Shown: positions 41,714 through 51,641 of the stretch, piece by piece
Layout of the letters: every line of letters begins with the position of its first letter
How positions within the stretch are numbered: the first letter of the stretch is position 1
From: an uncultured Rhodobacterales bacterium
GTDB lineage: Bacteria > Pseudomonadota > Alphaproteobacteria > Rhodobacterales > CAZPXZ01
Direction: 5' to 3'
Length of the DNA stretch: 64,000 nucleotides
Assembly: GCA_964590405.1 (NCBI GenBank)
Contig: CAZPXZ010000004.1
Coordinates: 23,544-87,543 of the forward strand
Position numbers and translations under genes: made by a program
Notes under the pieces: generated by a model
The model's database searches: none
Told to the model about the DNA's origin: nothing
Seen by the model: the letters and a program-made list of their open reading frames with translations, nothing else

Positions 41714-44700
41714 GCGTGACGGGGCGGCTGACCCAGGGCGGTTTGCACATTGACCGTGATCGTGTGCTCCGCTTCCGATTTGATGGTCGCGAGATGTCGG
41801 GTTTCGGCGGCGATACGCTTGCCTCTGCGCTTCTCGCCAATGGCCAGCGGTTGGTCGCACGCTCATACAAGTATCACCGACCGCGCGGCATCCTCGGCTC
41901 GGGGCCGGAGGAGCCGAATGCGCTCTTCGGGATCGGCTCTGGTCCCGCCGCGACGCCGAATCAGAGGGCAACCGAAGCTCTGCTCGCCGACGGCATGGAC
42001 GTGCAGAGCCAGAACCGCTATCCGAGCCTTTCCTTTGATATCGGAAGTGTCAATTCCCGCTTTGCCCGACTGTTGCCAGCCGGATTCTATTACAAGACCT
42101 TCATGCACCCGCGTGCGGCCTGGAAGCATGTCTATGAGCCGCTGATCCGGCGCGCGGCCGGACTCGGTCAGCCGCCAACCGAACCGGATCTCGATTCCTA
42201 CGAGCATATGCGTTTCGAGGCCGAACTCCTTGTCATTGGTGCGGGACCGGCCGGGTTGATGGCTGCGACGATCGCTGCGGAGAGTGGCGCACGTGTACTC
42301 CTTGTGGAACAGACTCCCTGGATCGGGGGGCGGTTGCTCGGGGACGAATCCGAAATTGGGGGTGTGGCCGGAAGGGATTGGGCGACGGGAATGGAGGAGC
42401 GAATCCGTGCCCGCGACAATGCGGTCATTCTGACTTCCACCACGGCCGCAAGCGTTGGCGATCACGGACATGTGCTGCTCTGCCAGCGGCCATCGGATCC
42501 CGGCGCGCCTCGAGTGCGCCTTTGGGATGTGCGAGCGCGGCAGGTCGTGCTCGCGGCTGGTGCGGTGGAGCGGCCCATCCCGTTCGCCGACAATGACCGG
42601 CCAGGCGTGATGCTGGCTTCCGCTGTGCGGGACTACGTGCGTCGGTGGGCGGTTCGCCCCGGAAGTGCCGCAGTGGTGTTCGCAACCGATGACACGGCTT
42701 ACGAGACCGCTCTCACGCTCCACAACGCGGGAGTAGAGGTACGGCGTGTCGTTGACACCAGGCCACGTCCGTCCGGGCATTTCACACTGGAGGCAAGGCG
42801 TATTGGTATACGGGTCACCTCCGGAAGCGCGGTGATCGCTGCGCACGGACGGTTCGGCCTGAGTGCCGTAGATGTCGGCCCGCTCCGTGGCAGCTGGCGT
42901 CCGGCGAGCCGGAGTGAGCGAATATCGTGTGACCTGCTGGCCGTTTCCGGAGGCTGGAATCCGAACGCCCATCTGTATTGCCATACGGGCGGAAGGTTGG
43001 CCTGGGACGAGGTGAAGTGCCTGTTTCGTCCGGACCCGTCGCATCCGCCCATCGGGGCGAACGGGCGGATCGCGGTCCTTCCCGCTGGTGCGGCTGATGG
43101 TGTGATGCCGCTGGCTGCCGTTCTGCGCAGCGGTGCAGACGCGGCCTGCCGGGCGTTGACGACATGCGGTTACACCGCTCCTGCGCCTGAGATGCCGGAA
43201 GTTTCTGCGCCGGGAGACTCGATAGCCCGGCCGATATGGATAGTGCCCGGTGCAGGACGAAAGGCCATCGGGGACAAGCACTTCGTGGATTTCCAGCACG
43301 ATGTAACCGTCGCCGATCTCGAATTGGCCGTTCGCGAGGGATACGACAGCGCGGAGCTTGCCAAGCGCTACACGACTCTCGGGATGGCGCCGGATCAAGG
43401 CAGGCTGTCCAATGTTGTTGGGCATGCGATCCTTGCCGACGCCTCGCTGAGGCCGTTGGACCATACGGCGACGACGACGACCCGACCGCCGTACACACCG
43501 GTTCCGTTCGGTTCGATCGCGGGAGCCGAGACCGGGTCCCTGTTCCATCCGGTCCGGGAAACGCCGATGCATGGATGGCATGCCAGGCATGGTGCGGACT
43601 TCGAACCGGTAGGTAGTTGGCGCCGACCGTTCTGCTATCTGCGTGCCGGAGAGAGCAGGGAGTCGGCCGTCGAGCGGGAGATACGGGCTGTGCGGGGCGG
43701 TGTCGGAATGATCGATGCGTCGACGCTCGGCAAGATCCTGGTCAGGGGACCGGACGCCGCAGAATTTCTGGATCGGATCTACACGGGCATCATGTCGACC
43801 CTGCCAGTGGGGCGCTGCAGATACGGCCTGATGTGCAACGATGCCGGGTTTCTGTTCGATGACGGTGTTGTCGTACGCCTGCGGGACGAGGAATTCCTCT
43901 GTCACACCACCTCCGGGGGTGCAGAACGGGTGCATGCCTGGCTGGAGGAGTGGCTGCAGACGGAATGGTTTGATCTACGCGCATATGTGCTCAATGTAAC
44001 CGAGCAATGGGCGCAGGTTGCCGTGGCTGGCCCGCGTTCGCGGGAACTCCTCGAGAGGCTTGGTTCAAGTGTGGATTTTGGAGAGGAGTCCTTGCCGTTT
44101 CTCGGCATGACGGAGGGGAGAATCGGATCGGTTCGGTTTCGTGCGTTCCGGATTTCCTTCTCGGGCGAACTTGCGTTCGAGGTCGCGGTCCCCGCGGGGT
44201 TCGGGGCCTCCCTTTGGCAGACGCTATCGGAAACCGGAAGGGACATGGGACTCGTTGCCTATGGCACCGAGGCGCTCCACGTGATGCGGGCGGAGAAGGG
44301 GTACATCATGATCGGCGATGAGACGGATGGAACCGTGACACCGCTTGATCTGGGTCTTGGCTGGGCGGTTTCAAAGAAGAAGCGGGATTTCCTCGGAAAG
44401 CGCGGCATGCGGATGCCGCATCTGGCCGATGCCGGTCGCAGACGGCTGGTCGGTCTGCTCACCGAAGACTCCGAAACCGTTCTGCCAATCGGTGCCTGTG
44501 CGGTGGAGACGGAAACAGGAGACAGGCAGCGAATCATCGGCCATGTGACCTCTTCCTATCGGTCTCCCACGCTCGGCCGCTCCATTGCCATGGCACTGAT
44601 CGAGAGAGGGCCCGAGCGGATGGGGGAGACGGTTTCGTTTCCGGTGCAGGACGGGATCGTTCGCGCCAGGATTGTGAAACCTTCCTTTATGGAGGACGGG

Positions 44701-44715
44701 GGCGGGAATGGCTGA
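41710..44715 (+). CDS. soxA: sarcosine oxidase subunit alpha
   Basis: 1001 aa. NAD/FAD fold LLVIGAGPAGL, C-terminal GcvT-like domain. ATGA overlap with soxD. Confidence 0.9.
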   Translation: MSVTGRLTQGGLHIDRDRVLRFRFDGREMSGFGGDTLASALLANGQRLVARSYKYHRPRGILGSGPEEPNALFGIGSGPAATPNQRATEALLADGMDVQSQNRYPSLSFDIGSVNSRFARLLPAGFYYKTFMHPRAAWKHVYEPLIRRAAGLGQPPTEPDLDSYEHMRFEAELLVIGAGPAGLMAATIAAESGARVLLVEQTPWIGGRLLGDESEIGGVAGRDWATGMEERIRARDNAVILTSTTAASVGDHGHVLLCQRPSDPGAPRVRLWDVRARQVVLAAGAVERPIPFADNDRPGVMLASAVRDYVRRWAVRPGSAAVVFATDDTAYETALTLHNAGVEVRRVVDTRPRPSGHFTLEARRIGIRVTSGSAVIAAHGRFGLSAVDVGPLRGSWRPASRSERISCDLLAVSGGWNPNAHLYCHTGGRLAWDEVKCLFRPDPSHPPIGANGRIAVLPAGAADGVMPLAAVLRSGADAACRALTTCGYTAPAPEMPEVSAPGDSIARPIWIVPGAGRKAIGDKHFVDFQHDVTVADLELAVREGYDSAELAKRYTTLGMAPDQGRLSNVVGHAILADASLRPLDHTATTTTRPPYTPVPFGSIAGAETGSLFHPVRETPMHGWHARHGADFEPVGSWRRPFCYLRAGESRESAVEREIRAVRGGVGMIDASTLGKILVRGPDAAEFLDRIYTGIMSTLPVGRCRYGLMCNDAGFLFDDGVVVRLRDEEFLCHTTSGGAERVHAWLEEWLQTEWFDLRAYVLNVTEQWAQVAVAGPRSRELLERLGSSVDFGEESLPFLGMTEGRIGSVRFRAFRISFSGELAFEVAVPAGFGASLWQTLSETGRDMGLVAYGTEALHVMRAEKGYIMIGDETDGTVTPLDLGLGWAVSKKKRDFLGKRGMRMPHLADAGRRRLVGLLTEDSETVLPIGACAVETETGDRQRIIGHVTSSYRSPTLGRSIAMALIERGPERMGETVSFPVQDGIVRARIVKPSFMEDGGGNG

Positions 44716-45331
44716 ATTGCGCCACGATGCGCCGGAATGCGGTCCAGCCGGAGGCACTTCCGGCAGTGCGGTCGTCGAGGCCCTTCCGCCTGTCGGTCTG
44801 GTGGGCGTGCGAGCTGAATTGTCCGCCCATGCGGTTCGACTGGCGCTCGAGGAGGAATCCGGGCTGCCATTGCCGGGCGTGCGGCAGGCTGCGCTTCGGG
44901 AGGACGACAGGACTGGCTGGTACTGGATGGCAACGGACGAGTTGCTCCTGCGGATTCCGCCTGACCACGCTGCCCCTGCCGTGGAGGCCCTCGAAGCCGC
45001 ACTCTCTGGAATGCACTGCCTCGTTGTCGATCTCTCCGATTCGCGGGCCTTCTTTCGGATTGCCGGGCCCTTAGCACGGGAGGTTCTCGCCAAGGGAGCG
45101 CCGGTCGATCTGCACCCCGCGGCCTTCCTCCGCGGGATGTTTCGGCGCACGCATATCGCTGGCGTTGCGGTCGCATTTTCGCTCGTGGCAGAAGATCCCG
45201 ATGTATTTGAACTCTTTTGCGCCCGCTCCTATGCGCGCTACATGCGCGACTGGCTCGTCAACGCGGCCCGTGCCGGCACGATGACCGGCGTTTATGCGCC
45301 TCCGGAGGGAGTGGATCCGGGAAGCGGATAG
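44708..45331 (+). CDS. soxG: sarcosine oxidase subunit gamma
   Basis: 207 aa in the last position of the soxBDAG operon, overlapping the soxA stop by 8 nt. Confidence 0.75.
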   Translation: MAELRHDAPECGPAGGTSGSAVVEALPPVGLVGVRAELSAHAVRLALEEESGLPLPGVRQAALREDDRTGWYWMATDELLLRIPPDHAAPAVEALEAALSGMHCLVVDLSDSRAFFRIAGPLAREVLAKGAPVDLHPAAFLRGMFRRTHIAGVAVAFSLVAEDPDVFELFCARSYARYMRDWLVNAARAGTMTGVYAPPEGVDPGSG

Positions 45332-45513
45332 CCAATTTCGAAGAGTATCAACTCCAGGGCGATGTAGACGATTGCGGCGAGCATTGCCGCGATGGTGCCG
45401 CGATGGGCAGCATCCGCCAGCGGGATATTGCGGCGGCGTTGGCGCCAGAACACCAGAGCAAACGCCGCAAGAACAACGATCGCGCCCCTGAGCAGGCCTG
45501 GAGCTATCTCCAT
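45292..45513 (-). CDS. hypothetical small membrane protein (73 aa), translationally coupled to tpiA
   Basis: Its ATG overlaps the tpiA TGA (TGATG). Two hydrophobic segments. Overlaps the soxG 3' end by 40 nt. No recognisable family and not SecG-like. Confidence 0.3.
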   Translation of the reverse strand: MEIAPGLLRGAIVVLAAFALVFWRQRRRNIPLADAAHRGTIAAMLAAIVYIALELILFEIGYPLPGSTPSGGA

Positions 45514-46250
45514 CACATGGCTGCCCGGACGATTGGCAGGAAGTCCGTAGCCCGGAGGCTCGCGCCGCCGACCAGGGCACCATTCACTTCCGGAACGCTG
45601 AAGATCTCTCGTGCGTTTGTGGGCTTGACGGAGCCGCCATACAGGAGCCGGATGGCAGTGCCGGTGCCATCGAAACGCTCTGCAAGCTGTTTTCGGAGCA
45701 TCGCATGAATTTCGGCGATCTCGGTGAGGGAGGGCGTTCGGCCCGTTCCAATGGCCCAGATTGGCTCGTAGGCGACGGCTGTATTGGCGGAATTGGCTCC
45801 GTCCGGGATGGATTGACACTGGGCGCTGACCACCGCGACGGCTTCCCCGCGGTTGCGGGCATCTTCGCTTTCTCCGATACAGATGATGGCAGTAAGCCCC
45901 GCTCTCCAGGCCGCTCGCGCCTTGGCCGACACAAGCGAGTCGGATTCTCCGTGGTCTGCGCGGCGCTCCGAGTGTCCGACGATAACATGGGAGGCGCCAG
46001 CGTCGCGGAGCATTTCTGCTGCGAGATCGCCGGTATGGGCACCGGATTCTCTCGGATGGCAGTCCTGGGCACCGATGGACAGCCGATACGCTGCCGCCCG
46101 GTTCGCAAAGGCAGGAATCAGGGTCGCAGGCGGGCAGATCAGGACCTCGGGAGCGTTACTGTCGATTCCGTCAAGGATTTCGTCCAGCCTGGCGAGGGCG
46201 TCGGGGCCCCCGTACATCTTCCAGTTGCCAGCGACAAGTCTGGGGAGCAT
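45513..46250 (-). CDS. tpiA: triose-phosphate isomerase
   Basis: 245 aa. [10 protein letters not shown]-terminus, catalytic context VGHSERR, and [11 protein letters not shown]. Confidence 0.9.
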   Translation of the reverse strand: MLPRLVAGNWKMYGGPDALARLDEILDGIDSNAPEVLICPPATLIPAFANRAAAYRLSIGAQDCHPRESGAHTGDLAAEMLRDAGASHVIVGHSERRADHGESDSLVSAKARAAWRAGLTAIICIGESEDARNRGEAVAVVSAQCQSIPDGANSANTAVAYEPIWAIGTGRTPSLTEIAEIHAMLRKQLAERFDGTGTAIRLLYGGSVKPTNAREIFSVPEVNGALVGGASLRATDFLPIVRAAM

Positions 46251-46259
46251 GGGCGGTAC

Positions 46260-46631
46260 TCAGCGCACCGCATCGTTTGATACGACGCTGAACTTTACCG
46301 ATTCTCCACATCCGCAACTTTCGACCACATTGGGGTTGGTGAAGGAGAAGCCGGATTCGAGAAGTCCGGTCTTGTAGTCGATCTCCGTGCCGATCAGGAA
46401 CATGGTGGCGGCTGGAGCAACCGCGAGCCGGACGCCGTCCTGTTCGATGGTCTCGTCATTGGGCTCCGGTGAATCCGTGAAATCCATGGTGTATTCCATA
46501 CCGGCACAGCCGCCGCTCTTGACGCCGATTCGTACCCAGGACGCGTGTCTCGTACTGTCGAGTTGGGTACGGAGCTTCTCCACCGCACCAGTTGTGAGGG
46601 AAAGGATAGGCTGTCCAGGAATTGAGAACAT
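46260..46631 (-). CDS. erpA: iron-sulfur cluster insertion protein (HesB/IscA/ErpA family)
   Basis: About 123 aa from ATG 46631. Motifs GGCAGMEY and C-terminal CGCGESVKF. Confidence 0.85.
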   Translation of the reverse strand: MFSIPGQPILSLTTGAVEKLRTQLDSTRHASWVRIGVKSGGCAGMEYTMDFTDSPEPNDETIEQDGVRLAVAPAATMFLIGTEIDYKTGLLESGFSFTNPNVVESCGCGESVKFSVVSNDAVR

Positions 46632-47083
46632 GTTCGTTTCTGCCGAGGCGCCTCGCTGATTCCCCTGAGCATAGTGGTGCCCAAGTACAGATATAGTGGC
46701 TAGGACGCCGAAATTCACCCTCTACCGAAGCCAGTGATTTGCCGAAGGGAACTCATTTGAGGATCCGTCGGGCATTCCGTGTAGATGCGATCCCATCGCC
46801 CGCCGGGATTTCGATTTCGATTTCATGGTCGGACGGACTGTTCTGCGGGCCAGTGCCCTTGCCCGGTTCAGAACCATGAAGTCGCGTGTCCGCCGAACGG
46901 ATTTAGGGAGAGCCGAACGATGCACCGGATGCATTGGGGCATCTGTGCAGCCCGGATGCCTGCACGCACAGAGTGGGGCAATGCGATGCCCAATTTCGGG
47001 AGACAGCCGCAGGTTGAGGGTTTACGCGGTTGTATTGCAGATTCCGGAAGTGTGACCTCCTGTCCAGGTGGAATGAAGGCTGC

Positions 47084-49000
47084 CTACTCTTGCGTCCAGC
47101 AAATTCCTGCAGGGGGGAGGTCTTGATTCAGGCCGGAAACCACCCCACGCGGGACCGGTTCGGATCCATAATTTGCCCAGAATCGACCACTCTCGCATAG
47201 GCGGGTCCGCACGGTGGCAGGCAGATCGATCGTTGGAAGGCTGGCGTCCCTCGCTGCGTCGCGCATGATTCGGTGAAGTGCTTCGCTGTCAGGCCAACCG
47301 GCGATGTAGCGAAAGGACCCCATTCCGAGCAGTGCCGGACGTCCGGACGAAGATCGTTCGATGACCTTGGCATCGCCCGAGCAGTGTTCAAGCCAGAGTT
47401 GGAATGCACCGCCTCTTTCCAGAGGGTCCCGCATGTCGGGACGAAGGCTTTCCACACGCTCAACCGTCAGGCCGAGTGCAGGCCAGTCGGGCGGCAGGCC
47501 TTCAGGAATTTGAAACTCGGCGGTTCGAGATCCTGTCCGCGGCCCAATAACTGTAATTGCACCTGAATTTTGCAATGCGTCCTTGAGAAGATCTGTCCAG
47601 TACATCAAGCCCGGAACCAGAATCAAACCGTATCCGGACAGGTCGGTTGCCATAGCCGGCACGATGTCCACATTCAGCGCATTTTGCCGCAGTGCACGGT
47701 AGAAGGACAGGACAAGACGCAGATAGCTGAACTCGGCTCCGTGTGGCTGTGCTTCCCAGGCCCAGGCGCTTTCGTAGTCAAAGACCAGGGCCGCATGCCT
47801 GGGGCCGTGGCCGGGGGATGGATGATCGGCGAGTTCGCGGGCGGTCCGGGCGGCTTCCGCGAGGGCAGGTGCAGGATTGCTGTCCGGCTGGAGAAGACCG
47901 GCGTGCATCTGCTCCTGGGCGAAGGGTGCCTGGCGCCAGCGAAAGAAGCAGACCGTTTCCGCACCATGTGCAATTGCTTCCCATGCCCATAGACGGACCA
48001 TTCCAGGCAGCGGCGCCGGGTTGTGGGAAGCCCAGTTCACCGGGCCTGGCTGTTGTTCCATGACCCAGAAACGGCCGCGGCCAACCGCTCGGTACAGGTC
48101 GTGGTGAAATGCCTGGAAGTCCGGGTCACCCTGGCGCAGGAACTGCTTGATCCAACTGCCATCGAGATCTGTCCGTTCCTCCAGGAAACCGAGCGGGTAA
48201 CTGTCCCAGGCAGCAACGTCTAGGTCCTGGCCAACCCTGAAGTGGTCGAACGAAAGGTGCCGGCCCATGAAGTTGTGGATGACCGGAGCGTCGGTCGCGG
48301 CGCGGATGATTTGGACCTGTTCGTGGTTGAAGGCTTTGACCCGCTCCGACGAGTAGCGCCGGAAATCCAGAACATGAGCGGGGTTGGCCTCGGCAACGGT
48401 GAGATTCGGCAACCCGATTTCGTCGTATGTCCGGTATTCCATGGACCAGAAGACATTTCCCCATGCCCGGTTGAGGCTGTCGATCTGGCCGTATCGCTCG
48501 TACAGCCAGTCCTGAAAGCCGGCGCGAGCGTTTGCGGAGTAACTGAGGGTGGTGTCGTGGCAACCATATTCGTTGTCCGTCTGCCAGGCATGGACATGCG
48601 GGTTGGCACCGTAGCGTTCCGCCAGGATTCGCGTGATCCGGGCGCTCTCCTCGCGGTAGCCCGGATGGGAGAAGCAGTAGTGTCGTCGCGATCCGAAACT
48701 CCTCGGATTGCCCCTCGCGTCGATCGCAAGCATGTCCGGATGCCGGCTCAGCATCCAGCGCGGCGGTGTGGCGGTGGGGGTGCCGAGGATGACGCGCAGT
48801 CCCTGGGATCCGAGCGTATCGATGGCGCGGTCCAGCCATTCGAGATGCAATTCACCAGGCGTTGGCTCAAGTCGCGACCACGCGAATTCGCCGATGCGGA
48901 CCCATTGCAGTCCCGCGTCCGCCATGCGGGTGGCATCCGTTGCCCAAACGGATTCAGGCCAATGCTCCGGATAATAGCAGACGCCGAGCGCAGGCCTCAT
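47084..49000 (-). CDS. beta-galactosidase, glycoside hydrolase family 42
   Basis: About 638 aa starting MRPALGVCYYPEHWPE. Carries WVRIGEFAWSRLEP and WQTDNEYGCH, GH42-type motifs. ATGA overlap with the dgoA stop. Confidence 0.85.
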   Translation of the reverse strand: MRPALGVCYYPEHWPESVWATDATRMADAGLQWVRIGEFAWSRLEPTPGELHLEWLDRAIDTLGSQGLRVILGTPTATPPRWMLSRHPDMLAIDARGNPRSFGSRRHYCFSHPGYREESARITRILAERYGANPHVHAWQTDNEYGCHDTTLSYSANARAGFQDWLYERYGQIDSLNRAWGNVFWSMEYRTYDEIGLPNLTVAEANPAHVLDFRRYSSERVKAFNHEQVQIIRAATDAPVIHNFMGRHLSFDHFRVGQDLDVAAWDSYPLGFLEERTDLDGSWIKQFLRQGDPDFQAFHHDLYRAVGRGRFWVMEQQPGPVNWASHNPAPLPGMVRLWAWEAIAHGAETVCFFRWRQAPFAQEQMHAGLLQPDSNPAPALAEAARTARELADHPSPGHGPRHAALVFDYESAWAWEAQPHGAEFSYLRLVLSFYRALRQNALNVDIVPAMATDLSGYGLILVPGLMYWTDLLKDALQNSGAITVIGPRTGSRTAEFQIPEGLPPDWPALGLTVERVESLRPDMRDPLERGGAFQLWLEHCSGDAKVIERSSSGRPALLGMGSFRYIAGWPDSEALHRIMRDAARDASLPTIDLPATVRTRLCESGRFWANYGSEPVPRGVVSGLNQDLPPAGICWTQE

Positions 49001-49641
49001 GGTCGGATACCGCCTGAAGAGGACCCGTTCGACAAGCCGTCGTAGGCAGCGACGCATTCGTCAGCACGGGCACGCACCTCGGAAACGCTGCGGCCGGGCG
49101 AGTACAGAAAGGAACCAATGCCGAATCCATCAGCCCCGGCAGCGGTCCATTCGAAGAAGTTGGAGGGGCCGGCGCCACCGACGGCAATGATACGCACTCC
49201 TGGGGGTAGTACGGCCCGGAGTGCCCTGATGCCGACGGGGCCCATGATCTCCGCCGGAAAGATCTTCAGCGCGGTTGCTCCGGCATCCACAGCGGACAGG
49301 CACTCGGTTGCAGTAAATACCCCGGGGTAGCAGTCAATCCCTGCATGCAGGGCCTCCTGCACGACGAGCGGGTTGAAATTTGGCGATACCACAAACTTGG
49401 CGCCGGCATCCACCACATCCCGGACTTGCGATGGCTCGAGTACGGTTCCCGCACCGATCCGGCTGCGACATTCCAGGGCACCGGAAAGGCGGGCAATGCT
49501 ATCGAGTGGCGTTGGGGAGTTGAGCGGGACTTCCACCATTCCGAAGCCGGCATCGAGAACGCTGGCGCCCACCTCCACGGCTTCAGTCGGGTGAATGCCC
49601 CTGAGGATTGCGATCAGGTTCCGAATATTGTCCTCCCTCAT
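48997..49641 (-). CDS. dgoA: 2-dehydro-3-deoxy-6-phosphogalactonate aldolase
   Basis: About 214-aa KDPG/KDPGal aldolase fold (MVEVPLNSP, GAGTVL, KIFPA). ATGA overlap with the dgoK stop. Confidence 0.8.
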   Translation of the reverse strand: MREDNIRNLIAILRGIHPTEAVEVGASVLDAGFGMVEVPLNSPTPLDSIARLSGALECRSRIGAGTVLEPSQVRDVVDAGAKFVVSPNFNPLVVQEALHAGIDCYPGVFTATECLSAVDAGATALKIFPAEIMGPVGIRALRAVLPPGVRIIAVGGAGPSNFFEWTAAGADGFGIGSFLYSPGRSVSEVRARADECVAAYDGLSNGSSSGGIRP

Positions 49642-50549
49642 TTCGCCAACCAGCGGCTGCGAGCCGCGCGGAGCCCCTCGAGTACGCACTCCTCCGGGTC
49701 GAATATGCGAAATGCAATGCCCAGGTGGTTGAAGGCGATGCGATACTGCTCCGCCACCATCCCACTGGCGATCACACTGAACTCCTTTGCTTCCCGGTAG
49801 GACGTGGCACCGGCGAATTCGATCCCGGTCAGGAATCCGCTTAGCTGGCTGCTTGAGGCTACCGGATGGACGCCATTCAGGAGATGAGACGCCCGCAGCG
49901 TGAACAGCCGGGAAGAAAGGCTTTCCGGCTTCGCAAGCGTTTCAACAAACGCGCCTGCAAACGCGTCCCCGTCGAAGCCGTCCGGTGACACGGAATGACG
50001 GAGGATCGAGGTACCCGTTAGCAATCCGAACAGTTCGCCGGTCATAAAAGTCGTAAAGCGCTGTACCTTGCCGCCAGCGACACGAACCCACTTGGTGTGC
50101 GTTCCCGGAAGTATGGCAGTTCCATCCAGGTTCGGAATGAAACGGGACAATCCTGCAAGGATCGTTTCCTCACCGCGCATCACATCCTGAGGTGAAGTCT
50201 GGCAAATGCCGCCGGCAATGTGAACCTGAATTCTCTTGTCTCTGGTGGGCGCCTCGACAAGTGCGTTCGCGTCCTCCGTTGCGGCAGGTGTGGGCCGGTA
50301 TGGCGCCTCGATCCAACCCTGCCGTGAGCCGGCCATTCCGCAAGCAAGGATGACGGTCCTTTGATGAACGGACAGCCAGGGGTCGACCAGGCCTAGCAAC
50401 GTGGACTCGTACTCCAACGGGCTCTCTGACAGTCTGTCCATTCCCGCGTGGCATTGCGCGGATTCTAGGACACGGCCGTCCTCGGCCATCGCCCAAGCCC
50501 TGAGGTTCGTCGTCCCCCAGTCGACCGCGATCCATTCGACCTTGCTCAT
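49638..50549 (-). CDS. dgoK: 2-dehydro-3-deoxygalactonokinase
   Basis: 303 aa. N-terminus WIAVDWGTTNLRAWAM is typical of DgoK. Confidence 0.8.
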   Translation of the reverse strand: MSKVEWIAVDWGTTNLRAWAMAEDGRVLESAQCHAGMDRLSESPLEYESTLLGLVDPWLSVHQRTVILACGMAGSRQGWIEAPYRPTPAATEDANALVEAPTRDKRIQVHIAGGICQTSPQDVMRGEETILAGLSRFIPNLDGTAILPGTHTKWVRVAGGKVQRFTTFMTGELFGLLTGTSILRHSVSPDGFDGDAFAGAFVETLAKPESLSSRLFTLRASHLLNGVHPVASSSQLSGFLTGIEFAGATSYREAKEFSVIASGMVAEQYRIAFNHLGIAFRIFDPEECVLEGLRAARSRWLAK

Positions 50550-50593
50550 GCGCTCGGTTGCACACGGGAACTGGGAGGCAGATTCTGTCCCAT
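50546..50593 (-). other. candidate 15-codon upstream ORF (MGQNLPPSSRVQPSA) coupled to dgoK
   Basis: GGAGGA lies 6 nt upstream of ATG 50593. The uORF TGA overlaps the dgoK ATG (ATGA). dgoK itself has no visible SD. Confidence 0.2.
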
Positions 50594-50806
50594 TGCTGAT
50601 CCTCCGGACAGTTCCAACTCAGATTCCTGCCGGAACGACATCATGCACACCCATTGGACAATTGTTCGTCTCTCATGACTCTACGCTTCAGAATCCGTTT
50701 GCACGGGGGCCACCATGGTCGATGCCGGAAAACTCGAAGTGGATCCTCCGGCACGGGCTTGCCTCAAGGGGGAAACGGGCCGGTTGATCCAGCGTTCAGC
50801 AAGGGA

Positions 50807-51640
50807 TCACTTGACTGCTCCGAGGGTGAGGCCTGCGATGAAGTGGCGTTGCATGAGGAAGAACATGAGGACCGGCGGCAATGCCGCTACGATGGATCCG
50901 GCCGAAACCAGATGCCAGGCGGCTACCCACTGGCCGTTCAGGGAGTACAAGCCTGCAGTGACCGGCTGGGTATCGGCGCTTTGGGTAAGCACGGTGGCCC
51001 AGAAGTACGTGAAGACCAGCACGGCGAGAGCTGCGATGGCCGGCCGGATGAGCGGCAGTACGACGTACCAGAAGATTCGATACTCGCTCACACCCTCGAC
51101 CCGCGCCGCTTCGATCAGTTCCCGTGGGAGCGCCTTGATGAAGTTCCGCATGAACAGTGTGCAGAAACCAGTCTGAAATGCCACATGAAACAATACCAGT
51201 CCAAGAGTGGTGTTGTAGACGCCCATCTGGAGCGAAAGGTCGCGGACCGGAACCATGAGAATCTGGAATGGAATGAAGTTGCCTGCGATGAACATGAAAA
51301 AGAGCGGTAGCGCCGCCCGGAAGTTGTAGACTCCGAGCGCGAATCCGGTCATGCAGGACAGGACCAAGGTTCCCACTACTGTCGGAATGGTAACCTTGAA
51401 ACTGTTGAAGATGTACTGGCCAATCGGCGAATTCTGGAATATGGCGGTGTAGTTCTCAATCACATTCACCGAGGTCGGCCATCCCCAGTAGTTTCCTGCC
51501 GTGATATCGCCTGCGGAGCGAACCGAGGTGATGGCGACAGCGATCAGTGGAAGGAGCCAGATGACCAGCGCTATCGGCAGGGCGACCTTATAGGCGATCC
51601 GGCTTGGAGGGGAGGCACGCTGTATCGGTCGGGGAAACAT
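50807..51640 (-). CDS. carbohydrate ABC transporter permease (CUT1, second permease)
   Basis: About 277-aa polytopic protein. ATG 51640 lies 1 nt after the upstream permease stop. Confidence 0.85.
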   Translation of the reverse strand: MFPRPIQRASPPSRIAYKVALPIALVIWLLPLIAVAITSVRSAGDITAGNYWGWPTSVNVIENYTAIFQNSPIGQYIFNSFKVTIPTVVGTLVLSCMTGFALGVYNFRAALPLFFMFIAGNFIPFQILMVPVRDLSLQMGVYNTTLGLVLFHVAFQTGFCTLFMRNFIKALPRELIEAARVEGVSEYRIFWYVVLPLIRPAIAALAVLVFTYFWATVLTQSADTQPVTAGLYSLNGQWVAAWHLVSAGSIVAALPPVLMFFLMQRHFIAGLTLGAVK

Positions 51641-51641
51641 G

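Noticed and set aside
46807-46824. (GATTTC)x3 microsatellite in the erpA upstream region.
   Set aside because: Only three units, intergenic, with no associated feature. Likely chance.
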